The notes under the pieces were generated by a model. That model worked only from the letters and a program-made list of their open reading frames with translations. It did not search any database and had not been told where the DNA came from. Of a DNA stretch of 64,000 nucleotides, positions 37,197 through 47,351 are shown piece after piece; position 1 is the first letter of the stretch, and every line of letters starts with the position of its first letter. The position numbers and the translations under genes are program-made. This stretch comes from Candidatus Hydrogenedentota bacterium (GTDB lineage Bacteria; Hydrogenedentota; Hydrogenedentia; Hydrogenedentales; SLHB01), in contig JAWXCN010000152.1 of assembly GCA_034408725.1 (NCBI GenBank), positions 1-64,000 on the forward strand, read 5' to 3'.

Positions 37197-39164
37197 TCAG
37201 CTTCGCTTTTTGCCTTCATCCACCACAGTAAAATCGGCGTCTGCCATGTCTTCACCCTGCTGTTGGCCGGCGGGTGCGTGAACGTACTCTGGACTGCCTG
37301 CACCCTGCTCCTGCGCCGTGCCGTCAAATGGACTTCCGTCACCCGCTGTTTCCGGTTGCGCGCCCGGCGCGGAGGCGTACAGGGCTTCGGCCATCTTGTT
37401 CGAGGCGGCCGTCACCTTCTGGACCGCGGTCTGGATACGCGTCAGGTCTTCGCCCTTCAAGGATTCGCGGAGTTCGGCGCACGCGGCCTCGATGTCCTCA
37501 CGGTCGCGCGGGCCAATCTTGTCCGAGTTCTCCTTCAACGTTTTTTCAGTCGCGTATAGTATCTGGTCCGCATTGTTGCGGGCCTCGATGGTTTCCTTGC
37601 GCCTTTTGTCCTCCTGCGCATGGGACTCGGCATCCTTGACCATGCGGTCAATATCGGATGGGTTCAGACCGCTCGACGCTTCAATTCGGATTTTTTGTTC
37701 CTTGCCTGTGCCCAAGTCCTTCGCAGCGACGTGGACGATGCCATTCGCGTCAATGTCGAACATCACTTCGATTTGTGGAAGTCCGCGGGGCGCGGACGTG
37801 ATGCCCTCGAGGTTGAAGCGCCCGAGCAGCCGGTTATCCTTCGCCAATTCCCGTTCGCCCTGCAACACCACAATTGTCACCGCGGTCTGGTTGTCGTCCG
37901 CAGTCGAAAACACCTGGCGTTTCGACACCGGTATGGTGGTATTCCTGTCAATGATCTTCGTGCCAATACCGCCAAGGGTTTCAATACCCAACGACAGTGG
38001 CGTAACATCGAGGAGCAACACGTCTTTTACGTCGCCCGCAAGCACGCCGCCTTGTATCGCCGCGCCGATGGCGACGACTTCGTCCGGGTTCACGCCGCGA
38101 TGCGGCTCCTTTCCGAAAACCTGCTTGGCGGCCTCAAGAACGGCAGGCATACGTGTCATGCCGCCGACCATTACGACTTCGTTGATATCGGCCGCACTGA
38201 GGCCAGCGTCAGCGATGGCTTTTTTACACGGTTCCTTCGTGCGGTCTATCAGCGTGGTGCAAAGCTGTTCGAGCTTGGCGCGCGTGAGCTTGTAGCTCAG
38301 ATGCTTCGGACCGGAGGCATCCGCCGTGATAAACGGCAGATTGATGTCGGTTTGCATGCTGGACGAGAGTTCGCATTTCGCCTTTTCGGCGCCTTCTTTG
38401 AGACGTTGAAGGGCCATCGCGTCCTTGCGAAGGTCGATGCCTTGCTCCTTCTTAAACTCATCCGCCAACCAATCGATGATACGTTGATCAAAGTCGTCGC
38501 CGCCGAGATGGGTATCTCCGTTTGTGCTCATGACTTCGAAACTGTCATCGCCAATAGCGAGGATCGAAATATCAAAGGTCCCGCCGCCAAGGTCAAACAC
38601 GGCAATTTTTTCGTCCTTTTTCTTATCGAGTCCATACGCGAGCGCGGCGGCTGTCGGCTCGTTGATGATGCGCAAGACCTCTAGTCCGGCGATTTTTCCG
38701 GCGTCCTTCGTGGCTTGACGTTGTGCGTCATTGAAATAGGCGGGTACTGTAATTACGGCTTGCGTAACCGTCTCGCCAAGATACGTTTCCGCCGTCTCCT
38801 TCATTTTTTGAAGTATCATTGCGGAAATCTCGGGTGGACGATAACTTTTTCCCTGGACTTCAATTTGACAGTCACCTTGCGGGGCGCCTGTGACTTTGTA
38901 CGGAACGAGTTTTTCTTCCGCCGTAACTTCACCGTGGCGGCGGCCCATGAATCGCTTGATGGAAAATACCGTGTTCTCTGGATTGGTAACGGCTTGCCGC
39001 TTGGCGGACGCACCGACCAGACGTTCCCCATCTTTCGTGAAAGCAACAACGGACGGCGTCGTCCGATTTCCCTCAACGTTGGCTATTACGATTGGTTCGC
39101 CGCCTTCAATAACAGCAACACAGGAATTCGTGGTTCCTAAGTCTATTCCAATTACTTTGCTCAT
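37197..39164 (-). CDS. dnaK: Molecular chaperone DnaK (Hsp70)
   Basis: [52 protein letters not shown] and [11 protein letters not shown]. Strong GGAGG RBS. Confidence 0.99.
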   Translation of the reverse strand: MSKVIGIDLGTTNSCVAVIEGGEPIVIANVEGNRTTPSVVAFTKDGERLVGASAKRQAVTNPENTVFSIKRFMGRRHGEVTAEEKLVPYKVTGAPQGDCQIEVQGKSYRPPEISAMILQKMKETAETYLGETVTQAVITVPAYFNDAQRQATKDAGKIAGLEVLRIINEPTAAALAYGLDKKKDEKIAVFDLGGGTFDISILAIGDDSFEVMSTNGDTHLGGDDFDQRIIDWLADEFKKEQGIDLRKDAMALQRLKEGAEKAKCELSSSMQTDINLPFITADASGPKHLSYKLTRAKLEQLCTTLIDRTKEPCKKAIADAGLSAADINEVVMVGGMTRMPAVLEAAKQVFGKEPHRGVNPDEVVAIGAAIQGGVLAGDVKDVLLLDVTPLSLGIETLGGIGTKIIDRNTTIPVSKRQVFSTADDNQTAVTIVVLQGERELAKDNRLLGRFNLEGITSAPRGLPQIEVMFDIDANGIVHVAAKDLGTGKEQKIRIEASSGLNPSDIDRMVKDAESHAQEDKRRKETIEARNNADQILYATEKTLKENSDKIGPRDREDIEAACAELRESLKGEDLTRIQTAVQKVTAASNKMAEALYASAPGAQPETAGDGSPFDGTAQEQGAGSPEYVHAPAGQQQGEDMADADFTVVDEGKKRS

Positions 39165-39212
39165 GTTTAGTACCTCCTGGGAATATTGGTTCCTTCAAAC
39201 TTGCATATGAAG

Positions 39213-39228
39213 AGCAACGGTTGTGCCG
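39213..39228 (-). promoter_or_regulatory. Putative sigma54 promoter of dnaK
   Basis: Minus strand CGGCACAACCGTTGCT (GG-N10-GC), about 50 nt upstream of the dnaK ATG. Confidence 0.6.
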
Positions 39229-39487
39229 ATAGTTCGGGATTTTTCGAGGATGAGACTCGAAAGACGGTAAGTATAGTTATTACAGTTCTTTAGGTCGTGC
39301 CGTCCAAGAGTAGTGTAGAATGGAAAAGCGAGCGGTCATCGTTCGAAGTATTCGCAATTGAAACGGTTTTTGTTTCAAACTGCGACCATAACTTGCGCGA
39401 AGAAAATAGTTGACATTTTGCTCTTTTGATGGGAAAATTAAAGTAAGACTCGGACTGCACGAGTGTATCTTGGGGTAGGAGACTATT

Positions 39488-40690
39488 TTGAGGGCTGGGC
39501 ATCAATTAAGTCCCACATTGATCAAGCTACCGCCGCGCCATCTTGACAAATCGACGATCTCGATTCCATTTAACAAGGTTGCGCCGATGGGACGTGAACT
39601 CGAATATATGAGCCAGGCGCTGGCGAGTGGTTCTATTTCAGGGGACGGGAAGTTCACGCAGAAATGCCATGCCGGGCTTCAGATGATGCTCGGAGTGCAT
39701 AAGGTGCTTCTGACCACATCGTGTACTCACGCGCTGGAAATGGCCGCCCTTCTACTGGATATCCGCGAAGGCGACGAAGTTATTTGCCCCTCCTATACCT
39801 TTGTGTCGACTATCAATGCATTCACGCTGCGGGGCGCAAAACCCGTGTTTGTGGATATCCGGCCCGATACCTTGAACATGGATGAAACAGCGATTGAATC
39901 GCTTATCACGCCACGGACCAGGGCAATAGTTCCGGTGCACTACGCGGGCGTCGGCTGCGAAATGGATACGATCCTTGACGTTGCCAACAGGCACGGCATA
40001 TCGGTCATCGAAGACAACGCGCACGGGCTTTTCGGCAAATATAAAGGCCATAGTTTGGGCACTTTCGGGTGCATGGCCACACAGAGTTTTCACGAGACCA
40101 AAAATGTCGCATGCGGTGAAGGTGGGGCGTTGTTGTTGAATGATTGGAAACTCGAGGACCGCGCGGAAATCATCCGGGAAAAGGGCACAAACCGCAGCCG
40201 TTTTTTCCGGGGGCAGGTGGACAAGTATACGTGGGTCGATCTTGGTTCGAGTTATTTGCCGTCTGAGTTGTTGGCGGCCTTTTTGTACGCACAGCTCGAG
40301 TGCCGGGAAGACATTCAGACGCGGCGCGAGCGTATCTGGAAAACCTATTCGTCCGAACTTGCGGCCTGGTGCATTGATAACGGCGTCACGACGCCGGTCA
40401 TTCCGCCGCACTGCGATCAGGCGTATCACATGTTCTACATGCTGATGCCGAGCTTTACCGCACGGCAAGGACTAATCGCACACCTCAAAGAACAGGGCAT
40501 TCATGCCGTGTTTCATTACCTCCCCCTTCATACGGCGGACATGGGGATGCGATATGGCTATCGCGAGGGTGACTTGCCGGTGACGGAAGACGTCAGCAAC
40601 CGGCTTGTGCGGCTTCCGATGTTCAACAGCATGACGTCCGGCGAACAGGCGATGGTTATCGACGCAGTGTTGGACTACAGCGCGCTGTAA
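39488..40690 (+). CDS. rffA: dTDP-4-amino-4,6-dideoxygalactose transaminase-like (WecE/RffA)
   Basis: IPFNK, SGDGKFT, LLTTSCTHALEMAA, SFHETKN, GEGGA, REKGTNRS.FFRGQVDKYTW.D.GSSYLPSE and AVFHYLPLH. The true start is probably a little downstream of 39488. Confidence 0.9.
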   Translation: MRAGHQLSPTLIKLPPRHLDKSTISIPFNKVAPMGRELEYMSQALASGSISGDGKFTQKCHAGLQMMLGVHKVLLTTSCTHALEMAALLLDIREGDEVICPSYTFVSTINAFTLRGAKPVFVDIRPDTLNMDETAIESLITPRTRAIVPVHYAGVGCEMDTILDVANRHGISVIEDNAHGLFGKYKGHSLGTFGCMATQSFHETKNVACGEGGALLLNDWKLEDRAEIIREKGTNRSRFFRGQVDKYTWVDLGSSYLPSELLAAFLYAQLECREDIQTRRERIWKTYSSELAAWCIDNGVTTPVIPPHCDQAYHMFYMLMPSFTARQGLIAHLKEQGIHAVFHYLPLHTADMGMRYGYREGDLPVTEDVSNRLVRLPMFNSMTSGEQAMVIDAVLDYSAL

Positions 40691-40703
40691 CGGGGAGGAC
40701 CTC

Positions 40704-41738
40704 TTGGCGCGGCCTGTTACCATTCTCCGCGGCAAAGTACCGCTTCGCATCAGTTTCGCCGGAGGCGGTACCGACGTTGATCCCTACCGCACCCTTTACG
40801 GTGGATGCACCCTCAGCGCAACAATTGACAAGTTTGCGTACGTGAGTTGCCGGCCGCGCACCGATGACATCATTGAAGTGAGATCATTGGACTACGATAT
40901 TGTCGCCAAATATCACAGCAAACAGCCATTTGTCATGGACGGTGAACTCGATTTGGCGAAAGCGGTCATCGCCAAATTGCGCAGAGGGACTTCCGGGAAG
41001 GGGTTCGATCTGTTCATGCACAGTGACGCGCCTCCTGGCAGCGGGCTTGGCAGCTCTTCGACCATGGTAGTCGCGCTGGTAAGCGTGTTCATGGAATTCT
41101 TCCGGAGACCGTTGACATCCTACGAAGTCGCGGAACTGGCCTATGAGATCGAGCGCAAAGACCTCGGACTTAAAGGCGGCATGCAGGACCAGTATGGCGC
41201 GACCTTTGGCGGATTTAATTTCATCGAGTACGACGCGTCGAAAGTGATCGTTAACCCGCTGCGGCTCGCCCCGGAAACGCTGCTTGAGCTGCACTACTCC
41301 CTCATCCTCTGCTATACAAAACAGACTCGGGAGTCTGCCGGGATCATTGATGAACAAATTGCGCGTATCGAAGGCGGAAACGATGAGGCCGTGCGCGCGA
41401 CGCATGCGCTCAAGGACTTGTGTGTGCAGATGAAAAACGCTTTGTTACGCGGCAAACTGGCGCATTTTGGCGAACTCATGCACGCTTCCTGGGAGCAGAA
41501 GAAACGCATTGCGACAAGAATCACCAATTCGCGGATTGACGAGTTGTATGAGGAAGCTCGTGCGCTCGGGGCATTAGGCGGAAAAATACTCGGCGCTGGC
41601 GGCGGCGGATACTTGCTCACCCTGGCGCCGTTCGACAAGAAACATGTGATCATGCGGCGCCTGAGTGATATGGGCGGCCAACCCGTCGATTTTAATTTCG
41701 ATCATTATGGAGCGGTCACGTGGCGGGTAGTGGGGTGA
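40704..41738 (+). CDS. hddA: GHMP sugar kinase, D-glycero-alpha-D-manno-heptose-7-phosphate kinase-like
   Basis: PLRISFAGGGTD, DAPPGSGLGSSS, GGMQDQY..TFGGFNFIE and GGKILGAGGGG. Confidence 0.8.
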   Translation: MARPVTILRGKVPLRISFAGGGTDVDPYRTLYGGCTLSATIDKFAYVSCRPRTDDIIEVRSLDYDIVAKYHSKQPFVMDGELDLAKAVIAKLRRGTSGKGFDLFMHSDAPPGSGLGSSSTMVVALVSVFMEFFRRPLTSYEVAELAYEIERKDLGLKGGMQDQYGATFGGFNFIEYDASKVIVNPLRLAPETLLELHYSLILCYTKQTRESAGIIDEQIARIEGGNDEAVRATHALKDLCVQMKNALLRGKLAHFGELMHASWEQKKRIATRITNSRIDELYEEARALGALGGKILGAGGGGYLLTLAPFDKKHVIMRRLSDMGGQPVDFNFDHYGAVTWRVVG

Positions 41739-41745
41739 GTTACAA

Positions 41746-41830
41746 GGCGCGCGAGGACGCGCGCCCTCCCCGGCAATACGATGCGCGCCCGCCCCGGTAA
41801 TAGGACGCGCGCGAAGACGCGCCATTCCTA
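41746..41830. repeat. Second REP-like palindrome family (GGGAG-footed hairpin) plus a degenerate copy
   Basis: GGCGCGCG-AGGA-CGCGCGCC-CTCCC at 41746-41770 (perfect 8-bp stem, minus strand begins GGGAG). A decayed copy GACGCGCGCGAAGACGCGCCATTCC lies near 41804-41828. Confidence 0.5.
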
Positions 41831-42280
41831 CCGGTGCTCTGGAACGGCAAATTCATCTTTCGGGTGGAGATCGGAATTGATGTTGTCTAGGGCGTTTCGG
41901 CTCATCTCGGGGCGGATGAGGACAGGCGGATATGACGCGATGAATTCATCGAGTAGCCCCGCGGCCATTTACGAACACAGTGGCCTTCCGGGATTTGTCC
42001 CCCACTTCTTTTTTGATTACGGATAGGCCGTTACCATCCTCCACACATGAAAACAGCAACGACAATTGTGGCCGCCTGGACATCAACGCCCGTGAACAGG
42101 CCGACCATGCGGTACCAAATTACCTGGTACATGAGGGCGGACTACCCGGAAGCAAACGAACATTGCTACTGTCAGGCCAAACACCAATGCGGAGGCGCTG
42201 CTTTGATGATGTTTCACCTACCGCATCTCCGGCTGCGTCGCGTTTCAGGAACTCTCAACAGGACGTTGACTGGCCAGAAG

Positions 42281-43375
42281 CTAACCGTTCTTCGCTTGAA
42301 ACGCTTTCATGAATTCCGCAAGAGTGCTGCACCCGTCAATTGACATCGCGTTATAGATCGAGGCACGGATGCCCCCCACGCTTCGGTGGCCCTTGAGGCC
42401 GTCCATGCCCGCCGCTTTGCTCTCTTGTACGAATTTCGCTTCCAGCTCTTCCGTGGGAAGACGCCAGGTGACGTTCATGGCTGAACGGCATTCGGACTGC
42501 GCATGGCCACGGTAGAAACCCGTGCTTGCGTCGATTGCGTCGTACAACAGCGTGGCCTTTTCGGCATTGCGCGCCTCGACATTCGCCAAGCCGCCGATGT
42601 CCTTTAGAAGCCACTTCGTCACGAGCATCACCAGGTAGATCGCGAAACAGGGCGGCGTATTGTATAAGGAATCGTTTTCCGAAATGACGCGATAATCAAG
42701 CATTGACGGCAGATTCGCGGGAACCCGTTCGAGCATGTCTTCCCGCAGAATGACGGCGACGACACCGGACGGGCCGATATTTTTCTGCGCGCCAGCATAG
42801 ATGACTGCATATTTGCTCACATCCAGGCGGCGGGACAGGAAATCGGAAGACATGTCGCACACGAGTGGCGCCGCGCCGGCGTCTGGTTCCGCCCGAAACT
42901 GTACCCCTTCTATCGTTTCGTTAGAGGTAAAATGGCAGTAGGCGGCGGCCGGGTCGAGCTCGAGTTCGTCCGGTGCCGGGACGCGCACATATCCTTCCGT
43001 TTTCCCGTTCCAGGCGGCGCGCGCATCGCCCTCCTTCTTCGCTTCCTTGATGGCCTTGCTCCCCCATGCGCCGGTAATGATGTAGTCAGCAGACTTCCCG
43101 GCGCCACGGAGAAAATTCATGGGGATTTGTGAAAACTGGAGCGAGGCGCCACCCTGCATGAAAAGTATCTTGTAGTTCGGCGGCACATCGAGCAGCTTGG
43201 CGATGTTCTCTTTGGCTTCGAACAAGACGGATTCAAAGGTCTTGGAACGATGGCTGATTTCCATGATCGACGCGCCCGCCCCGGGATACAGCAGGAGTTC
43301 GCGTTGCGCCTCTTCAAGTGCTGCGACAGGCAGGGCCGCCGGACCGGCGGAAAAATTGTGGACACGTTGTTCCAT
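42281..43375 (-). CDS. serC: 3-phosphoserine/phosphohydroxythreonine aminotransferase
   Basis: NFSAGPA, MEISHRS, QGGASLQF, NETIEG, DMSS, GAQKNIGPSG, NTPP and GHRSVGGIRASIYNA. Confidence 0.98.
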   Translation of the reverse strand: MEQRVHNFSAGPAALPVAALEEAQRELLLYPGAGASIMEISHRSKTFESVLFEAKENIAKLLDVPPNYKILFMQGGASLQFSQIPMNFLRGAGKSADYIITGAWGSKAIKEAKKEGDARAAWNGKTEGYVRVPAPDELELDPAAAYCHFTSNETIEGVQFRAEPDAGAAPLVCDMSSDFLSRRLDVSKYAVIYAGAQKNIGPSGVVAVILREDMLERVPANLPSMLDYRVISENDSLYNTPPCFAIYLVMLVTKWLLKDIGGLANVEARNAEKATLLYDAIDASTGFYRGHAQSECRSAMNVTWRLPTEELEAKFVQESKAAGMDGLKGHRSVGGIRASIYNAMSIDGCSTLAEFMKAFQAKNG

Positions 43376-43542
43376 GGCGAATTGCTCCCAAATGCGATCC
43401 GGCGCTCGGAACTATTCTATTCCGGCGCCGGGGATTGCTACCGTGAAAGCGTAACGTACCGGAGCGCGTGGTCCATGCGCAAGTGCCGTAATTAGGCTTC
43501 CTCCTAAACTTGGTGTTCTGGAATGAGCACAATTCCTTGGGA

Positions 43543-43636
43543 GCCGCCGCTCTCCAAATAGGCTGCGTGTTAAAACGCGGTTTTTGGGATTATTTGGACT
43601 GCGGCGGCGAAGCGGGTAGCGCAGACATCGCTTTGG
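43543..43636. repeat. Degenerate inverted pair of the same GGAG/GGAC REP family
   Basis: GCCGCCGCTCTCCAAATA (43543-43560) is inverted relative to TATTTGGACTGCGGCGGC (43591-43608), which continues GAAGCGGGTAGC...CGCTTT like the 35403 copy. Confidence 0.6.
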
Positions 43637-43661
43637 CTGTTTATGGGCGACGTATTACCTA

Positions 43662-43690
43662 TTGACCGGTAGGTCGACACGAGGTATTAT
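43662..43690 (+). promoter_or_regulatory. Putative sigma70 promoter of the desaturase gene
   Basis: TTGACC-N17-TATTAT. Confidence 0.65.
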
Positions 43691-43726
43691 GAAAACGCCT
43701 CGAACCCAATCTGATGGAACATCGCC

Positions 43727-45073
43727 ATGCTAAATCTCATCGAGATGGCCATCCCGGCATTCTTCTTACTTATCCTCGTTGAGGTCTGCCTTAGCCTTTT
43801 AATCCGGCGGAGGGTCTACCGGTACACGGACAGCATCAATGATCTGAGCATGGGGATCGTCGATCAGGTCGGTGGCGCGTTTCTAAAGTCCATAGTTTTT
43901 GCCGGCTATCTTTTTCTATTTCAAAATTACCGATTGTTCGACATTCCCGCCGGCTCGATAGCCGCCGCGATTGGGTGTCTGGCGATGTACGATTTCATGT
44001 ATTATTGGGCGCACCGGAGCAGCCATGACGTCAACATTATTTGGGGTTCTCACATCCCCCATCACCAGAGTGAAGAATACAACTTGACCGTTGCACTGCG
44101 GCAAGGCGTGTTCCAAGGGTGTTTTTTCTGGATTTTTTATTTACCGCTTGCGCTGATCGGATTTCATCCCACCCTTTTTATTCTTATGGCCTCTATTGAC
44201 ACGCTATACCAATTTTGGATTCATACCCGGACTATCGGAAAGCTCGGCCCACTCGAGTGGGTCTTGAATACACCATCGCATCACCGAGTCCACCATGCCA
44301 AAAACCCGAAGTATATTGATCGGAATCACGGCGGCATTCTGATCATTTGGGACCGCATCTTCGGCACTTTTATGGAGGAGGAGGAGGAACCGATTTACGG
44401 TACCGCGACTCCGTTGCGGAGTTGGAACCCAGTTTGGGGTCAAGTCCACTATTGGATCGACCTGTTCAAGTTGGCCTGGAGCGCACCGCGATGGCAGGAC
44501 AAGTTGTTGGTCTGGGTGAAACGGCCGGCATGGCGTCCGCAAGGGTTGGAAAAGCAAGGCCCGCCAGCGTACCTCACGGAGGCGTTTTACCAAAAATACC
44601 ACCCGCGCATCCCGGGGGGGTTAAGTCTGTACACCGTGTTTCAATTTATACCGGCGTTGCTCATCGGTACGGCGTTTCTGGCGTACGAATCGACCATGAC
44701 TTGGCAGACGCGCACGGGTGTTGCGGGACTGGTGATCATCACGCTCGTCTGCATTGGCGGGATATTCGAGTCCAAACGGTGGGCGCTACACCTGGAAATC
44801 GTGCGGCATCCCGTGATGTCCGTTACGGCATTTATTTTCGCAAGCATCCATTTTGGATTGGATAGCCCCGCGGGAGTCGTGGCGGCGGCCTTTGGGACGG
44901 TCTACTCAACGACGATGCTCGCCTGGGTATTGCAGTACCGTGAAGTGTTCGTTCGGGCTTTCGGTCCAATTGAAGAATCCGCCGCGACGACGGCGTCAGT
45001 GGAGCCTGGGCGAATGCTGGTGAACGAATTAAGCGAAGAGGGCGCATTGACGCCGCAAAACGAACAGGCATAG
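43727..45073 (+). CDS. Sterol desaturase / fatty acid hydroxylase family, alkylglycerol monooxygenase-like
   Basis: His boxes YYWAHRSSH, HIPHHQSEEYNL..ALRQ, YQFWIHT and NTPSHHRVHH..N..YIDRN.GGILIIWDRIFGTF, plus an extra C-terminal membrane domain. Confidence 0.88.
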   Translation: MLNLIEMAIPAFFLLILVEVCLSLLIRRRVYRYTDSINDLSMGIVDQVGGAFLKSIVFAGYLFLFQNYRLFDIPAGSIAAAIGCLAMYDFMYYWAHRSSHDVNIIWGSHIPHHQSEEYNLTVALRQGVFQGCFFWIFYLPLALIGFHPTLFILMASIDTLYQFWIHTRTIGKLGPLEWVLNTPSHHRVHHAKNPKYIDRNHGGILIIWDRIFGTFMEEEEEPIYGTATPLRSWNPVWGQVHYWIDLFKLAWSAPRWQDKLLVWVKRPAWRPQGLEKQGPPAYLTEAFYQKYHPRIPGGLSLYTVFQFIPALLIGTAFLAYESTMTWQTRTGVAGLVIITLVCIGGIFESKRWALHLEIVRHPVMSVTAFIFASIHFGLDSPAGVVAAAFGTVYSTTMLAWVLQYREVFVRAFGPIEESAATTASVEPGRMLVNELSEEGALTPQNEQA

Positions 45074-45090
45074 GTAGGCGCCATCCGCGA

Positions 45091-46104
45091 TTAACGGGCG
45101 ATTACGCGGGAAGCGTCGTTATCCAGATATATGTGCATCCGGGATTCGAAGAACCCGCGGGTGCGAATCAGGCCTTCGCGTAGATCGACGCGCGGGGACC
45201 AGTCTACGAGGCTTCGCAATTTCTTGTTCGAGATCGTGACGTCGCCGACGTCCATTTGCGCCCAGTCTTTGGGCCAGGGAACCTGCTTTACGCCGCCAGA
45301 TCCGAAGGTACTGACCACCATGTTAGCGAAATCGACAACGCTGTGCTCCGCATCGCCCGCGGCGAAAAGCACATGCCCTTCGGTCGCCGGTTCGAGCGCG
45401 ACTTCGAGCAAGGCATCTACGCAGTCATCGACATACAGGACGTTTCTGCGTTGTTTCCCCTCGCCGTAAATGGTCAGCTCTTTTCCCTGAAGCGCGAGTC
45501 CAATGAAAAAATTCAGGACCCCGCCGTCGCTGCTGCGAATGTTCGCGCGCGGTCCAAAAATATTGGCAAGACGAACGACGGACGCGCGAATCCCGTGCGC
45601 GCGGTGGTAGATAAGGTGGTATTTTTCCGCAACGCTCTTGTTCGCGCTGTAGATATCCAGGGGATATTCGGGATGGTTTTCGTCCACTACGTCGTGAATG
45701 CGCGCGCCGCATTGGGTGCTGGTGCCTATGTAGATGACGCGGGCTTTCGCGTTCTCGCGCCGCACGGACTCGAGCACGTTCATGGCGCCGATGCAATTGA
45801 TTTGAATATCGAGATACGGGTCGCGCATCGAATATGCGTGCGAGGTATGGCCAGCGCAATTGAAAACGAAATCCTGATCGCGAATCGCGCGGTCCACGAG
45901 GTGCATGTCGCGAACATCGTTAATGACGGTGCGCACGCCAGGGTAGCCTTCAAGGTTGGCAATATTTCCACCGCCGTGGTCCATCAGCGAGTCGTATACT
46001 GTCACGCGGGCGCCTTCATGTGCGCACCGAAGAGCAAGGTTGCTGCCGATGAAGCCCAACCCGCCAAGCACCAACACATTCTTGTCGAGAAATCGCGTGT
46101 TCAC
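45091..46104 (-). CDS. NAD-dependent nucleotide-sugar epimerase/dehydratase
   Basis: [24 protein letters not shown] and [18 protein letters not shown]. Confidence 0.92.
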   Translation of the reverse strand: MNTRFLDKNVLVLGGLGFIGSNLALRCAHEGARVTVYDSLMDHGGGNIANLEGYPGVRTVINDVRDMHLVDRAIRDQDFVFNCAGHTSHAYSMRDPYLDIQINCIGAMNVLESVRRENAKARVIYIGTSTQCGARIHDVVDENHPEYPLDIYSANKSVAEKYHLIYHRAHGIRASVVRLANIFGPRANIRSSDGGVLNFFIGLALQGKELTIYGEGKQRRNVLYVDDCVDALLEVALEPATEGHVLFAAGDAEHSVVDFANMVVSTFGSGGVKQVPWPKDWAQMDVGDVTISNKKLRSLVDWSPRVDLREGLIRTRGFFESRMHIYLDNDASRVIAR

Positions 46105-46410
46105 GGCCTCATCTCCACGCCCCGCTGAAGGATTGACTCCGGCGGAGTTTAACGCAGTTGTGCAGGGAAAGGAAATTAAATGGCGCCGGGAGTGCCACGG
46201 GCGTCGCCTTTTTTGGATGCCGGTGGCTGCCCAACTCGCGGGTCAAGCCTAAGTGGCCGAGTCACGAGAGGTGGTAAAACGACGCCGTTGTGGAAGGGCT
46301 TCGGCTACGCCGGGAGTCAAAGCGGTAACGGTTGCTACCGCAATCCCAAAAAGTCCACGGTGGATTTGTGTTTCACTTGCTTCTTTCGCTGCGCTATTCT
46401 TTGGGGAACC

Positions 46411-47343
46411 ATGCACAGCAGCCAGCGAACAACCGTAATCGTGAATCCGAGCTCCGCGAACGGACGGACGGGAAAGCGATGGACGGAAATCGAGCGCGGC
46501 TTGCGTAGCGTGTTGGGAGATTTCACCACACTCATTACAAAACGGCCGGGTCGCGCCGTGGATTTGACGAGCAGGGCGATTCACGACGGGTGCGAGCTGA
46601 TTGTCAGCGTGGGCGGTGACGGCACACATTGTGAGGTGGTAAACGGGTTTTTCAATGGGAACCTGCCAATTAACCCCGGCGCGACGATGGCCATTTTCCC
46701 GCACGGCACCGGATCGGACCTCGCGCGGGGTATGAACGTGCGCACTCGGGAGCAAGCATTGCGCATGCTGGCGGCGCGGCGTGTAGGTAAGATTGACCTT
46801 GGCAGGGTCACGCTCACATTACCCCACGGCGGCACACAGGTGCGCTACTTTCTCAATATCGCGGACTTTGGCATTGGCGGCGCGGTGGCGGAACGCGTCA
46901 ATGGACAGACGAAACGGCTTGGCCCGTTCCTGACTTTTTTGTCGGCGGTGCTGCGAACGCTTGTCACCTTCCGGAACCCGACAGTCGCCCTGCAAATCGA
47001 CGGAGAAATGCTGAATGTTCGGACGATCAACGTCATCATCGCGAACGGCCAATATTACGGTGGAGGCATTCATGTTGCGCGTGAAGCGAAAATGGACGAC
47101 GGCACGTTCGAGGTGTACGTGCTCGGGGATATCCGGTTATTGACCGCGTTGCGGTATCTGCACACGTTCTATTCGGGAACGTATGTGCGGTACCCGCACC
47201 TTGTGCGGCGATTTAAGGCGACGCGCATTGTGGCGCAATCAGATGAACGGGTATTGCTGAATCTGGATGGCGAGCAACCGGGTCAACTGCCCGCGGCAAT
47301 CGAGTTGCTTCCTGGCGCGCTGCAATTCGTGTTGCCGGAATGA
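46411..47343 (+). CDS. Diacylglycerol kinase family lipid kinase (YegS/DagK-like)
   Basis: IVNPSSANG, GGDGT..EVVNG, GTGSD, FLN, NGQYYGGG and DGE. ATG 46411 follows GGGGA. Confidence 0.92.
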   Translation: MHSSQRTTVIVNPSSANGRTGKRWTEIERGLRSVLGDFTTLITKRPGRAVDLTSRAIHDGCELIVSVGGDGTHCEVVNGFFNGNLPINPGATMAIFPHGTGSDLARGMNVRTREQALRMLAARRVGKIDLGRVTLTLPHGGTQVRYFLNIADFGIGGAVAERVNGQTKRLGPFLTFLSAVLRTLVTFRNPTVALQIDGEMLNVRTINVIIANGQYYGGGIHVAREAKMDDGTFEVYVLGDIRLLTALRYLHTFYSGTYVRYPHLVRRFKATRIVAQSDERVLLNLDGEQPGQLPAAIELLPGALQFVLPE

Positions 47344-47351
47344 CGAATGCG

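Noticed and set aside
37318..38684. Long plus-strand ORFs (325 and 354 aa) opposite dnaK
   Set aside because: Antisense ORFs opposite hsp70 genes are a familiar by-product of codon bias. No independent evidence of expression.
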